NCBI GenBank assembly: GCA_965205265.1
Contig: CBDBGH010000003.1
Location: 2,208,001 to 2,272,000, forward strand
Length of the DNA stretch: 64,000 nt
Source of the DNA: Alphaproteobacteria bacterium
GTDB lineage: Bacteria > Pseudomonadota > Alphaproteobacteria > Bin95
Direction of reading: 5' to 3'
The notes under the pieces were generated by a model. It did no database searches. It was not told the origin of the DNA and saw only the letters and a list, made by a program, of their open reading frames with translations. Positions 23,390 to 33,793 of this stretch are shown one piece after another. Each line of letters begins with the position of its first letter. Position 1 is the first letter of the stretch. The position numbers were made by a program, and so were the translations under genes.

Positions 23390-23785
23390 CCGCTTCGCCA
23401 GCGCCTGGATGTAGCGCCGGTCCATATCCGAAAGCCCCTCCTCGGAAGCCGCATCGCGGCGCATCTCCTGCAGCTCTTCCTTCAGCGCGCGCGACGCGCC
23501 CTTGCGCTCCAGCAGCTTCTGCAGGAGCTGGACCTCGGCCGAACCGTCGCCCTCGAGCGGCGGGCCGCCCTCGGCATCGTCTTCGCCCTCTTCTTCGAGG
23601 TCGAGGTCGGGCTCGGTGAAATCGCTTTCCGGCGGGTCTTCCGGCGCGATCAGCTCGTCCCAGTCCAGGCCGCCGTCGGAGACGCGCGCCGCGAGTTCCC
23701 GCGCCGCCTGCAGCGCCTCGGCATCGTCTTCCGCGCCCAGGCGCTCCAGGCGCTCCAGCAGGTACATGCGTTCGGATTCGTTCAT
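23375..23785 (-). CDS. Hypothetical acidic protein
   Basis: Coding-like ORF directly downstream of the protease. Confidence 0.7.
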   Translation of the reverse strand: MNESERMYLLERLERLGAEDDAEALQAARELAARVSDGGLDWDELIAPEDPPESDFTEPDLDLEEEGEDDAEGGPPLEGDGSAEVQLLQKLLERKGASRALKEELQEMRRDAASEEGLSDMDRRYIQALAKRLSVR

Positions 23786-23798
23786 CGCGGAAACCCGG

Positions 23799-24818
23799 TC
23801 AATGTCGGTTGGGTGTCTTCAGGAAGCTGCGGCGGTCGGCCGACCGGACGGCGACATGCACCAGTTCGCCGTCGCGATAGACATCCAGCGGCACTTCCAC
23901 GCCGGCCGGCCCGAGCGACCACACGGCGCGGTAGAAGTCCGACAGGCCTCCCACCGGCTCGCCGGCAACGCCCAGCACAAGGTCGCCGACCTTGAGTCCG
24001 GCATCGTCGGCCGGTCCGTCGTCGGTCAGGCCGGCGATGACCACCCGGTCCTCGACCTCCGCGCCGAACATGCCGAGCCAGGGGCGCGGCGGGCGCGCGG
24101 CCCGGCCCGTGGCCGCCATGTCCTCGAAGATCGGGTGCAGCAATTCGACCGGCACGAACATGTTGCCGGGCCGCGTCTGCTCGCCGGGCAGGCTGTCCTG
24201 CACATAGAGCGAACCGACCGCCGCCAGCATCCCTTGCCGGGTTATCAGCGCCGCGCCGCTCCAGCGGGGATGCGGCGGCGAGGTGAACACCGCCTCGTCG
24301 AGGAGATATTCCCAGTAGCCGGCGAACTCGCGCTTCGAGACCACCGACACCACCATGGCGAAATCGCGGCCGCCGCCGGCCGCCGCGACCGCATTGTCGC
24401 CCACGCTGAGGTCGTCCACGCTGCCGAGCGTCAGCGGCCGGCAGTCCAGCGGCCGGTCGGCCCGCAGCAGGCCGAGGCCGGTCACCTGGTCGTATCCGAC
24501 CACGCGCGCCGGGCATTGCGCGCCTTCGACATCGGTCAGCGTCACCTCGTCGGCCTCGGTCGCCAGGTAGCCGATGGTCAGCAGATGGCCCTTCTCGTCG
24601 ATCAGGACCGCATTGCCCTCGCGTTCGTTCCCCAGGGTCGAGGCCGTGAAGGCGTCTTCCGGAATGTCGGCGTGGTAGCCGAACACCGCCCTCAGCGTCT
24701 CGTCGAGGTCGAAGGACCATTCGGCCGGGTCGGGCCGCAGCTTCTCCGGCACGCCGCTTTCGGCCGTCTGGAAGCCTTTGAAGCGGTGGCCGTTGGCCCG
24801 GGAAACACCAGCCATAAT
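23799..24818 (-). CDS. Trypsin-like (S1C) protease with PDZ domain; start uncertain
   Basis: REGNAVLID, LTIGYL, FAGYWEYLLDEA, C-terminal PDZ (GPADDAGLKVGD). Confidence 0.82.
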   Translation of the reverse strand: MMAGVSRANGHRFKGFQTAESGVPEKLRPDPAEWSFDLDETLRAVFGYHADIPEDAFTASTLGNEREGNAVLIDEKGHLLTIGYLATEADEVTLTDVEGAQCPARVVGYDQVTGLGLLRADRPLDCRPLTLGSVDDLSVGDNAVAAAGGGRDFAMVVSVVSKREFAGYWEYLLDEAVFTSPPHPRWSGAALITRQGMLAAVGSLYVQDSLPGEQTRPGNMFVPVELLHPIFEDMAATGRAARPPRPWLGMFGAEVEDRVVIAGLTDDGPADDAGLKVGDLVLGVAGEPVGGLSDFYRAVWSLGPAGVEVPLDVYRDGELVHVAVRSADRRSFLKTPNRH

Positions 24819-24846
24819 CATTCCCATCCGGATCGGAGCGCACAAG

Positions 24847-24873
24847 CTAGCCCGGATTTCTCGCCAATGTCAC
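24847..24873 (+). repeat. 27-bp direct repeat copy A (25/27 identical to 27130-27156)
   Basis: ctagcccggatttctcgccaatgtcac. Confidence 0.85.
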
Positions 24874-24991
24874 GGGCCCGCGTCGCCTCCGCGCGTAACG
24901 CCGCAGGAGTTGGTGTATAACTCCGCTGGAATTCCGGGTTGCCGGAGAGGCGGGGACGCTCGTTCGGGGCCGAAAGGAGCCGCAGAGGGCC

Positions 24992-27133
24992 ATGCCGATA
25001 GACGGTGGCGCATTCGAGTGGTCGGATCTGGAGTCGCCGGCGCGGTTCATCAACCGCGAGGTGTCCTGGCTGGCCTTCAACGAGCGCGTGCTGGAAGAGG
25101 CGTCGAACCCGGTTCACCCGCTTCTGGAGCGGCTGCGCTTCCTGTCCATCTCCGCGCAGAATCTCGACGAGTTCTACATGGTCCGCGTGGCCGGCCTGAA
25201 GGGCCAGGAAGCCGCCGGCGTGCGCACGCCGAGCGCCGACGGGCTGACGCCGGCGCAGCAGCTCGAGGCCATCGACAGCCGCGCGCGCATCCTTGTGGAA
25301 GGCCAGCAGGCCTGCTGGCGGCGCCTGCAGCCGGAACTGCGCCGGGCCGGCATCGACCTCGTGGACGGCCGCACCCTTTCCGGCGAAGACCGCAGCTGGC
25401 TCGAAACCTATTTCATGAGCGACGTGTTTCCGGTGCTGACGCCGCTTACGGTCGATCCGGCGCATCCCTTCCCGTTCATTCCCAATTCGGGCTTCGGGCT
25501 GGCCGTGGACCTCCACAGCCCCTCGGACGGACGCGACTTCGAGGCGCTGGTGCCGATTCCCGGCAAGCTGGACCGCTTCGTCGCCCTGCCCGGGCCTGCG
25601 CGGCGCTATCTGGCCATCGAAGACCTGGTCGCGCTCTTCCTTGGGCATCTCTTCCCGAGATTCGAGCTGCGCGGCGCCGGCTCCTACCGCGTCATCCGCG
25701 ACAGCGAGATGGAGATTGAGGAGGAGGCCGAGGACCTTGTCCGCCTGTTCGAGTCGGCGCTCAGGCGGCGCCGGCGCGGCAATGTGGTGCAGCTCTCCAT
25801 CGATTCGAGGATGCCGCAGGCGCTCTCCGTCGCGCTGACAAGGCGGCTCGGCGCCGAGATTGGCGACGTGTTCACGCTCGAAGGCCCGGTCGGCCTCGGC
25901 GACATGGACCAGCTCATCGACGGGCGGCGGCCGGACCTTCTGTTCCAGCCCTTCGAGCCCCGCTTCCCGGAGCGCATCCGCGATTTCGGCGGCGACTGCT
26001 TCGCCGCCATCCGCGCCAAGGACATCGTCGTCCACCACCCCTACGAGAGCTTCGATGTCGTCGTGCGCTTCCTGCGCCAGGCGGCCCGCGACCCGGATGT
26101 GGTGGCGATCAAGCAGACGCTCTACCGGACCTCGGAGGACTCGCCCATTGTCGCCGCGCTGATCGAGGCCGCGGAGGCAGGCAAGTCGGTGACCGCGCTG
26201 GTGGAGCTCAAGGCGCGGTTCGACGAGGAGGCCAATATCCGCTGGGCCCGGAACCTGGAACGCGCCGGCGCGCTGGTGGTTTACGGCTTCATCGACCTCA
26301 AGACGCATTGCAAGCTTTCGCTGGTCGTGCGCCGCGAGGCCGACGGGCTGCGCAGCTACGCCCATTACGGCACCGGCAACTACCACCCGGTCAATGCGCG
26401 CATCTACACGGACCTGTCCTTCTTCACGACGGACCGGGCGCTCTGCAACGACGCAACCCTCCTCTTCAACTACACGACCGGCTATGCGGAACCGAAGCGC
26501 TTCGACAGGATCGCCGTCTCCCCGCTGTCTCTGGCGCCCCGGCTGCTGGAGCTGATCGAAGACGAGAGCGCCCACGCCCGGGCCGGACGCCCGGCGCAGA
26601 TCTGGGCCAAGATGAATGCGCTGGTCGATCCCGAAGTCGTGGACGCGCTCTACCGCGCATCCGCCGCGGGCGTGGAGATCGACCTCGTCGTGCGCGGCAT
26701 TTGCTGCCTCCGGCCGGGCGTTCCCGGCCTCTCGGACAATATCCGGGTGAAGAGCATCGTCGGGCGGTTCCTGGAGCATGCGCGCATCGCCTGCTTCGGG
26801 GCCGGCCACGGCCTGCCCTCCCCCCATGCCAGGGTGTTCATCGGGTCTGCCGACTGGATGCCGCGCAACCTCCACCGCCGCGTCGAGGCGTTCGTGCCGA
26901 TCGACAACCCGACCGTCCACCGGCAGATACTGGACCAGATCATGGTCGCCAATCTGAACGACACGGAGCAGAGCTGGGTGCTGGGCCCGGACGGCAGCTA
27001 TACCCGCACGGAGGCCGGCCAGGCGCCCTTCTCCGCGCACCAGTACTTCATGACGAACCCGAGCCTTTCCGGACGCGGCAGCGCCCTCGAACGCTCGGCC
27101 AAGAAGCCCGAACCCTTGCCTGCGCCCGTCTAG
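24992..27133 (+). CDS. ppk1: Polyphosphate kinase 1
   Basis: [49 protein letters not shown]. Confidence 0.96.
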   Translation: MPIDGGAFEWSDLESPARFINREVSWLAFNERVLEEASNPVHPLLERLRFLSISAQNLDEFYMVRVAGLKGQEAAGVRTPSADGLTPAQQLEAIDSRARILVEGQQACWRRLQPELRRAGIDLVDGRTLSGEDRSWLETYFMSDVFPVLTPLTVDPAHPFPFIPNSGFGLAVDLHSPSDGRDFEALVPIPGKLDRFVALPGPARRYLAIEDLVALFLGHLFPRFELRGAGSYRVIRDSEMEIEEEAEDLVRLFESALRRRRRGNVVQLSIDSRMPQALSVALTRRLGAEIGDVFTLEGPVGLGDMDQLIDGRRPDLLFQPFEPRFPERIRDFGGDCFAAIRAKDIVVHHPYESFDVVVRFLRQAARDPDVVAIKQTLYRTSEDSPIVAALIEAAEAGKSVTALVELKARFDEEANIRWARNLERAGALVVYGFIDLKTHCKLSLVVRREADGLRSYAHYGTGNYHPVNARIYTDLSFFTTDRALCNDATLLFNYTTGYAEPKRFDRIAVSPLSLAPRLLELIEDESAHARAGRPAQIWAKMNALVDPEVVDALYRASAAGVEIDLVVRGICCLRPGVPGLSDNIRVKSIVGRFLEHARIACFGAGHGLPSPHARVFIGSADWMPRNLHRRVEAFVPIDNPTVHRQILDQIMVANLNDTEQSWVLGPDGSYTRTEAGQAPFSAHQYFMTNPSLSGRGSALERSAKKPEPLPAPV

Positions 27134-27156
27134 CCCGGATTTCGCGCCAGTGTCAC
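27130..27156 (+). repeat. 27-bp direct repeat copy B, spanning the ppk1 stop and ppx start
   Basis: ctagcccggatttcgcgccagtgtcac. Confidence 0.85.
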
Positions 27157-28610
27157 AGCAGACGCGGGCCTCACGCCGGGTCGGCATTGTCGATATCGGC
27201 TCCAATTCCGTGCGGCTGGTTGTCTATGGCAACCGGCTGGACAGCTTCCGCCCGCTCTTCAACGACAAGGCGACCTGCCAACTCGGCGCAGACCTGAACC
27301 GCACCGGCAGGCTGAACCCGGCGGGCTGCGCGCTTGCCGAGCAGGCGTTCCTGCGGTTCGTCAATATCGCCGCGCTGCTGCGGGTGGACCGGTTCGAGGC
27401 CTATGCGACCGCCGCGATGCGCGACGCCAGCGACGGGGCCGAATTCGCCCGCCATCTGGAGGAAGTCAGCGGACGGGCGATCGAGGTACTGAGCGGCGCC
27501 GACGAAGCGATGGCGGGCGCGCGGGGGGTCCTCGGCGCCATACCCGATGCGGCCGGCGTGGTGGCCGACCTCGGCGGCGGCAGCCTCGAACTCGTGCGCG
27601 TCGGGGGCGGCCGGGCCGCCGACAACGACAGTTTCCCGCTGGGCGTGCTTCGCCTCGCCGACAATGGGAGCCGCGAGGAAGCCGCCCGGCATGTCGCCTC
27701 GAGCCTGGACCGAACCCGCTGGCTGCAGCCCTCCGACCCGCCGGGCAGCCTTTACTGCATCGGCGGGTCGTGGCGGGCCTGGGCGCGGCTTCACCTGACC
27801 CACAGCCGCCACCCGCTCGACATCATCCACCAATATGCGGTGGCGGCACCGGAGGCGCACGCATTCTGCGGCATGTTGACCCGGATGAGCCGCAACAGCC
27901 TGGCCGAGCTTACCCCGGTCTCCTCGCGCCGCCGGCCGCATCTGCCGGCAGCGGCCGAAATCATGCTGCAGTTGATCGACCGGACCGGAGCGGAGCGGGT
28001 TGTCTTTTCAAGCGCCGGCCTGCGCGAAGGCCTGATGCTGCACCGCCGGCGCAAGAAGCAGCGCAAGCGGGACCCCCTGCTGGCCGTCTGCACCCGCATC
28101 GGGCGCAGCGGCGCCCGCCAGCGCATGACTCCGGACACCCTCATGGCCTGGGTCTCCGCGCTGGGCCTGGGCCTCCCGCCGGCCGAGGAGCGCATCGCGG
28201 AAGCGGCCTGCCGCCTCGTCGATATTGCCGGCATGGAGCATCCGTCCTATCGCGCGGAGCACGCCTTCATGCGGGCCTTCCGCCTGCCCGCCGTCGCTAT
28301 CGAGCACCCGGAACGCGCCTTTCTCGGCCTCGTCATGGCCGCGCGTTACGACGGGCGCATCGACCGGGACTGGACCGGGCCGGCGCGCATGCTGATAGCG
28401 GAGGACGCCCGCAACAGGGCGCTCGCGGTGGGCCTTGCGCTCCGGCTGGCCATGACGCTCGCGCCCGGCATCGAGGGCGCGCGGCTCAGGCGCCAGTCGA
28501 AAACGCTCACGCTTTCCGTACACCGGGACTTTATCAGCCCGGAAGTCGAACGCCGGCTGGCCACGCTCGCCGCCGTGCTCGACCTTTCCCCGGAGCTACG
28601 GGAGCTCTGA
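27150..28610 (+). CDS. ppx: Exopolyphosphatase Ppx/GppA
   Basis: DIGSNSVRL, ATAAMRDA, DLGGGSLE, GLREG. Confidence 0.93.
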   Translation: MSQQTRASRRVGIVDIGSNSVRLVVYGNRLDSFRPLFNDKATCQLGADLNRTGRLNPAGCALAEQAFLRFVNIAALLRVDRFEAYATAAMRDASDGAEFARHLEEVSGRAIEVLSGADEAMAGARGVLGAIPDAAGVVADLGGGSLELVRVGGGRAADNDSFPLGVLRLADNGSREEAARHVASSLDRTRWLQPSDPPGSLYCIGGSWRAWARLHLTHSRHPLDIIHQYAVAAPEAHAFCGMLTRMSRNSLAELTPVSSRRRPHLPAAAEIMLQLIDRTGAERVVFSSAGLREGLMLHRRRKKQRKRDPLLAVCTRIGRSGARQRMTPDTLMAWVSALGLGLPPAEERIAEAACRLVDIAGMEHPSYRAEHAFMRAFRLPAVAIEHPERAFLGLVMAARYDGRIDRDWTGPARMLIAEDARNRALAVGLALRLAMTLAPGIEGARLRRQSKTLTLSVHRDFISPEVERRLATLAAVLDLSPELREL

Positions 28611-29771
28611 CACCTCGACCCGGCCCCGCTTCAGGGTCAGCGCCAGTTCGCCCCGAAGCAGGCGCTGGGCGTCCGCGCCGAACAGCTCCCTGCGCCATCC
28701 CCTGAGCAGCGGCCCGTCCTCAGCGCCGCCCGCCAGGTCTTCCAGGTCCTCGCTGCTGGCGACCAGTTTCTGCGCCACGCCCTCATGCTCCACGCGCGCC
28801 TTGAGCAGCACGCGCAGCAGCTCCATCGCGGGGCCGACGCCCCGGGGCCGTTCCCGCTGCGGCGCCGGCTGCGGGCGGTCCTCCGGCGGCACGGCCTTGC
28901 CCTCGACCACCGCCGCCAGCAGGCCCGGACCGAGCCGCCCGTTCGCCATGCCGCGCGTCACGCCCCGGCAATGGGCCAGCGCGTCCGCGTCCGCCGGCGC
29001 CTGGGCCGCCACATCGAGCAGGGCGTCGTCGCGCAGCACGCGGTTGCGCGGCAGGTCGAGCCGCTGGGCCTCGCGCTCCCGCCAGGCCGCGACCGCGCGG
29101 ACGACCGCAAGATAGGCCGGGTCTCCGCTGCGGGTCTTGAGGCGCTTCCAGGCATGCTCGGGATCGAGCCTGTAGGTCTTGGGGTTCAGCAGCACGGCCT
29201 CTTCCTCCTCCACCCAGTCGGCCCGGCCGTTGCGGCGCAGTTCCCCTGCGAGACCCTCATAAACGGCACGCAGCCAGACGACATCGGCGAGCGCATAGTC
29301 GATCTGCCGTTCGGGAAGGGGGCGGCGCGACCAGTCGGCGAAGCGCGCGCGCTTGTCGAGCCGCCGCCCGGCGAAGTGCTTTACCAGCGTGTCATAGGCC
29401 GCCTGGTCGCCGAAGCCGCAGACCATGGCGCCCACCTGCGTGTCGAGCAGCGGCTCGGGGATGACCCCGCCCATATGGAAGAAGATCTCGATGTCCTGGC
29501 GCGCGGCGTGCATGACCTTGGGCACGGGCGAGGCCAGCAGCCGCCATACGGGCCCCAGGTCGAGGCCGGGCACCAGCGTATCGACCGCCCGCGCGGTCTC
29601 CGCGTCCGCAAGCTGGATCAGGCAGAGCTGCGGCCAGTAGGTCGATTCCCGCATGAACTCGGTATCGACCGTCACATAGTCCGCATCCTGCAGCCGGGCG
29701 CAGAACGCCTCCAGCTCCGCCTGCGTGTCGATGAGGCGCGGGTCGGGGGTCGGCGATGTCGAAGAGGGCAT
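28596..29771 (-). CDS. rnd: Ribonuclease D
   Basis: VDTEFMRESTYWPQLCLIQ, HAARQD, DTQV, DWSRRPL, YALADV, HRDC domain. Confidence 0.95.
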   Translation of the reverse strand: MPSSTSPTPDPRLIDTQAELEAFCARLQDADYVTVDTEFMRESTYWPQLCLIQLADAETARAVDTLVPGLDLGPVWRLLASPVPKVMHAARQDIEIFFHMGGVIPEPLLDTQVGAMVCGFGDQAAYDTLVKHFAGRRLDKRARFADWSRRPLPERQIDYALADVVWLRAVYEGLAGELRRNGRADWVEEEEAVLLNPKTYRLDPEHAWKRLKTRSGDPAYLAVVRAVAAWREREAQRLDLPRNRVLRDDALLDVAAQAPADADALAHCRGVTRGMANGRLGPGLLAAVVEGKAVPPEDRPQPAPQRERPRGVGPAMELLRVLLKARVEHEGVAQKLVASSEDLEDLAGGAEDGPLLRGWRRELFGADAQRLLRGELALTLKRGRVEVSELP

Positions 29772-29862
29772 GGGGCGGGCTCATAAGGTGCGCCACGCGG
29801 CTTGACAAGCCAGCCCGCTCATCCCATTCCCGCGCGACCTTCGCGAGACGAGCCCGAATCCC

Positions 29863-31644
29863 ATGCACCCCTACCGCACACACGATTGCGGCGCGCTGCG
29901 CCGCGCCGATGTCGGCAGCACCGTCCGCCTCTCCGGCTGGGTCCACCGCAAGCGCGACCATGGCAGCCTCCTGTTCGTGGACCTGCGGGACCGCTACGGG
30001 CTGACGCAATGCGTGATCGATTCGAGCCGCGCGGAAACCTTTGCGGTGCTGGATACAGCGCGCAACGAGACGGTGCTCACCGTCACCGGCGAATGCGTGG
30101 AGCGGGACGCCGATACGGTCAATCCGGCGCTGCCGACGGGCGAGGTCGAGGTCTCCATTCGCGAAATCGCCGTGCAGGGCGCAGCCGAGCCGCTGCCGCT
30201 CCAGGTGAACAGCGAGGAGGATTACGGCGAGGAGGTGCGGCTGCGCTACCGCTTCCTCGATCTGCGCCGCGACAAGATGCAGCGCAACATCGCGCTGCGC
30301 TCGGACATCATCGCCTCGATCCGCCGCCGGATGATCGAACAGGGCTTCCGCGAGTTCCAGACGCCGATCCTGACGGCGGAGAGCCCGGAGGGCGCGCGCG
30401 ACTTCCTGGTGCCCTCGCGGCTGCATCCGGGCAGGTTCTACGCCCTGCCGCAGGCGCCGCAGCAGTTCAAGCAATTGCTGATGGTCGCGGGCTTCGACCG
30501 CTACTTCCAGATCGCGCCCTGCTTCCGCGACGAGGACGCGCGCGCCGACCGCTCGCCCGGCGAGTTCTATCAGCTCGACTTCGAGATGGCGTTCGTGACG
30601 CAGGAGGACGTGTTCGACGCCATCGAGCCGGTTCTGGCCGGCGTGTTCGAGGAGTTCGCGGACGGGCGCGAGGTCACGCCGCCGCCCTTCCCGCGCATCG
30701 GCTTCGACGAGGCCATGCTGAAATACGGCAGCGACAAGCCGGACCTGCGCAACCCCATCGAGATCGCCGAAGCGACGGAGATATTCCGGGGCTCGGGCTT
30801 CTCCATCTTCGAGCGCGGCATCGCGGCGGGCGGCGCGGTGCGCGCCATTGCCGCGCCCGGCGGGGCGGCGCAGCCGCGCAGCTATTTCGACCGCATGCAG
30901 GACTGGGCAAAGGCGCAGGGCGCCGGGGGCCTCGCCTATGTCACGCTCGACGAGAGCGGGGCGCGGGGGCCCATCGCCCGCTTCCTGGACGAGCCGCGCG
31001 TCGAGGCCTTGCGCGCGGCGACCGGCGCCGGCCCCGGCGACGCCGTGTTCTTCGCCGCGGACAAGCCGGACAAGGCGGCGGACCTTGCGGGCGCGGCGCG
31101 CACGAAGCTCGGCGAGGACCTGGACCTGCTGGAGAAAGGCGCCTTCCGCTTCTGCTGGATCGTCGATTTCCCGATGTATGAGCGGGACGCGGCCACAGGG
31201 CGGGTCGGCTTCAGCCACAACCCCTTCTCCATGCCGCAGGGCGGGCTGGAAGCGCTCGAAAGCATGGACCCGCTGGCGGTCAAGGCGTTCCAGTACGATA
31301 TCGTCTGCAACGGCGTGGAGCTTTCGTCCGGGGCGATCCGCAACCACGACCCGGCCATCATGTACAAGGCGTTCGAGATCGCCGGATACGGGCCGGAAGT
31401 GGTGGAGGCGCGCTTCGGCGGCATGCTCTCGGCGCTCAAATTCGGCGCGCCGCCGCATGGCGGCTCCGCCCCCGGCATAGACCGCATCGTCATGCTGCTC
31501 GCCGACGAGCCCAATATCCGCGAAGTGATCGCCTTCCCGATGAACCAGCAGGGCCAGGACCTGATGATGGGCGCTCCCGCCCCGGTCGAAGCCGCCCGGC
31601 TGAAGGAGCTCGCGGTCCGCCTCGACCTGCCGAAGAAGCGCTGA
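29863..31644 (+). CDS. aspS: Aspartate--tRNA ligase
   Basis: [30 protein letters not shown]. Confidence 0.97.
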   Translation: MHPYRTHDCGALRRADVGSTVRLSGWVHRKRDHGSLLFVDLRDRYGLTQCVIDSSRAETFAVLDTARNETVLTVTGECVERDADTVNPALPTGEVEVSIREIAVQGAAEPLPLQVNSEEDYGEEVRLRYRFLDLRRDKMQRNIALRSDIIASIRRRMIEQGFREFQTPILTAESPEGARDFLVPSRLHPGRFYALPQAPQQFKQLLMVAGFDRYFQIAPCFRDEDARADRSPGEFYQLDFEMAFVTQEDVFDAIEPVLAGVFEEFADGREVTPPPFPRIGFDEAMLKYGSDKPDLRNPIEIAEATEIFRGSGFSIFERGIAAGGAVRAIAAPGGAAQPRSYFDRMQDWAKAQGAGGLAYVTLDESGARGPIARFLDEPRVEALRAATGAGPGDAVFFAADKPDKAADLAGAARTKLGEDLDLLEKGAFRFCWIVDFPMYERDAATGRVGFSHNPFSMPQGGLEALESMDPLAVKAFQYDIVCNGVELSSGAIRNHDPAIMYKAFEIAGYGPEVVEARFGGMLSALKFGAPPHGGSAPGIDRIVMLLADEPNIREVIAFPMNQQGQDLMMGAPAPVEAARLKELAVRLDLPKKR

Positions 31645-31765
31645 GGCGGGCTGAGCTATCGTCCGAGGACGATGTCGAGGCCGGCAAGCAGTAAATCGAT
31701 CTTCGCCGGCGGGATCCGGCCTGTGCGTTCTTCGAGAAGCGTCCGGTCGAGAGCGACGACCTGCG

Positions 31766-31811
31766 ATACGTTCGCGACAGAATCCTTCGGCAAACCCGTC
31801 ATTCCCGCGGT
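31766..31811. repeat. 46-bp target duplication of IS1634 copy 2 (second copy at 33728-33773)
   Basis: atacgttcgcgacagaatccttcggcaaacccgtcattcccgcggt on both sides. Confidence 0.95.
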
Positions 31812-31968
31812 CCTGACTTCGACGGTTGGGCTGACTTCTGACCGATCTCGCGTCTGGAGTTTTCAGTAAAGCCAATGAGTTGGCAGTTGCGGTGCGGTCA
31901 AGCTGCGTTGTAGTGCCTAGTAAATCTTTGAGACTGTCAATGCCTCCGCCACGCGCTACACTCCCCCC

Positions 31969-33624
31969 ATGTTCGTGCGCATCAAGACCTCCCCCAACAG
32001 CCCGCGACGCTCGGTCCAGATCGTCGAGGCCGTGCGCGACGGCGGCAAGGTCCGACAGCGCATCGTCCGCCATGTCGGCGTGGCCATGGACGAGGACGAG
32101 CTCGAGCGCCTGAGGCAGCTCGGCGAGTACGTCAAGGCGAAGCTGGAGGACGAGCGTCAGCCGGCATTGTTTGCGCCCGAGAAGATCGCTGAGCAGGCGA
32201 TCCGTGTCGGCCGCCGGGGGGACGGCAAGGAGGAACTCCCGGTCGACCTCAAGCAGCTTGAAGAGGAGCAGCGCCTGATCACAGGCATCCACGAGGTCTA
32301 TGGCGAGATCTACCGGCTGCTGGGCCTCGACGCGCTGCTGCCGCGCTCGCGCTACCGGGCCTCCCATGACGCGCTGTTCCATGTGGTGATGGCGCGGGTA
32401 GCCAACCCCGACAGCAAGCGGGGCAGCGTGCGCCGGCTCGAGGAGGACTTCGGCGTGAGTCTTCCGCTCGAGAAGGTCTACCGGATGATGGATCAGCTCG
32501 ACGCGACGGTGATCGAGCGACTGCGCACGCGCGTCGGCGAGGCGAGCCGGTCGCTGCTGCCGGAGCCGGTCGCGATCCTCTTCTTCGATTGCACCACGCT
32601 CTACTTCGAGACGGCCGCCGAGGACGAGCTTCGCCAGCACGGCTTCAGCAAGGACGGCAAACACAAGGACTCGCAGGTTCTGCTGGCGCTGATGGTGACG
32701 CGCGAAGGGCTGCCGATCAGCTACGAGGTCTTCCCCGGCGCCACCTACGAGGGACACAGCATGGTCCCGGTCCTGCAGGACATGCAGCGCCGCCACCAGG
32801 TGGAGCGCACGGTATGCGTGGCCGACCGGGGCATGCTGAGCGCCGACAACCTCGACGCCATGGACGCCATCGGCGGCGAGTATGTCGTCGGCGCGCGGCT
32901 GCGCAAGCTGCCGCTCGCGCTGCTGGGGCAGGTTCTCGACCCCGGGACCTATGCCCCGCTGGAGGGCTCACAGGACCGCCGGGTCGGCGAGTGGGAGTAC
33001 AAGGGCCGTCGCCTGATCGTCGTCTTCTGCCCCCAGCGCGCACGCAAGGACGCGCACGAGCGCCGCCATCAGGTGGAACGCCTGCTCGACAGGCTGGCCC
33101 GCAGCGACAATCCCAGGGAACTGCTCTCCAATCACGGGGCGAAGCGCTTCATCGCCGTCGAGGGCGACGCACGGCTCACGGTGAACCCGGAGAAGATCGC
33201 CGAGGCCGCACGATGGGACGGGCTCACCGGCGTCATCACCAATCTGCGCGACGCGCGCGTCACCGAAGTGATGGCTCACTACCAGGGGCTCTGGCAGGTC
33301 GAGGAGAGCTTCCGGATCACCAAACACGACCTGAAGATACGTCCCATCTGGCACTGGAACCCGGACCGGATCCGCGCTCACATCGCCATCGCCTTCCTGG
33401 CCTTCGCCTGCGTTCGACACCTTGCGTACCGCGTCGCCATCCAGAAGCGGCGGATGTCCCCGGAGGTCATCCGCTCCGCCCTCGTCCACCGCCAGTGCTC
33501 CCTGCTGCGCTGTCGGCAATCGGGCAACCGCTACGTCATCCCCTCGAAGCCGACACCGGCGGCGGAGCAGATTTACGCAACCATGGGGCTGCCCCTGACG
33601 ATCACCCCGTATCAACTCGCCTGA
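31969..33624 (+). CDS. IS1634-family DDE transposase, 551 aa
   Basis: FFDCTTLYFE, GFSKDGK, VADRGM, WQVEESFRITK, IRPIWHW..RIRAHI. Confidence 0.93.
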   Translation: MFVRIKTSPNSPRRSVQIVEAVRDGGKVRQRIVRHVGVAMDEDELERLRQLGEYVKAKLEDERQPALFAPEKIAEQAIRVGRRGDGKEELPVDLKQLEEEQRLITGIHEVYGEIYRLLGLDALLPRSRYRASHDALFHVVMARVANPDSKRGSVRRLEEDFGVSLPLEKVYRMMDQLDATVIERLRTRVGEASRSLLPEPVAILFFDCTTLYFETAAEDELRQHGFSKDGKHKDSQVLLALMVTREGLPISYEVFPGATYEGHSMVPVLQDMQRRHQVERTVCVADRGMLSADNLDAMDAIGGEYVVGARLRKLPLALLGQVLDPGTYAPLEGSQDRRVGEWEYKGRRLIVVFCPQRARKDAHERRHQVERLLDRLARSDNPRELLSNHGAKRFIAVEGDARLTVNPEKIAEAARWDGLTGVITNLRDARVTEVMAHYQGLWQVEESFRITKHDLKIRPIWHWNPDRIRAHIAIAFLAFACVRHLAYRVAIQKRRMSPEVIRSALVHRQCSLLRCRQSGNRYVIPSKPTPAAEQIYATMGLPLTITPYQLA

Positions 33625-33690
33625 CCGTCGACGAAGCACGGCTCGAAGAAATGCCGGATGTAGTGCCTAGCCGAAATGAGAACCAGGCAA

Positions 33691-33703
33691 TATCAACTAC
33701 TTA
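33691..33703 (+). promoter_or_regulatory. IHF consensus site in the IS1634 downstream end (present in all four copies)
   Basis: TATCAACTACTTA fully matches WATCAANNNNTTR. Confidence 0.6.
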
Positions 33704-33742
33704 TGCGAATCAACCGTCGAAGTCAGGATACGTTCGCGACAG

Positions 33743-33793
33743 AATCCTTCGGCAAACCCGTCATTCCCGCGGTCAACAGCACGTTCCCCGGCG
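33743..33793. repeat. 51-bp target duplication of IS1634 copy 3 (second copy at 35710-35760)
   Basis: aatccttcggc...ttccccggcg on both sides. Confidence 0.95.

Larger units (their letters stand above)
31812..33727 (+). mobile_element. IS1634-family element copy 2 (1916 bp)
   Basis: 17-bp IRs, single transposase, 46-bp DR. Confidence 0.95.

Noticed and set aside
31812-31968. IS1634 non-coding ends as an RNA guide to target sites
   Set aside because: No convincing match to the four targets beyond a weak attcgc..ataa similarity at site 1; no TnpB, IscB or IS110-type domains.
29392-32796. Very long alternative-frame or antisense ORFs (1134 aa here; also 995, 795 and 771 aa elsewhere)
   Set aside because: Shadow ORFs of real genes in high-GC DNA, with no recognisable motifs.
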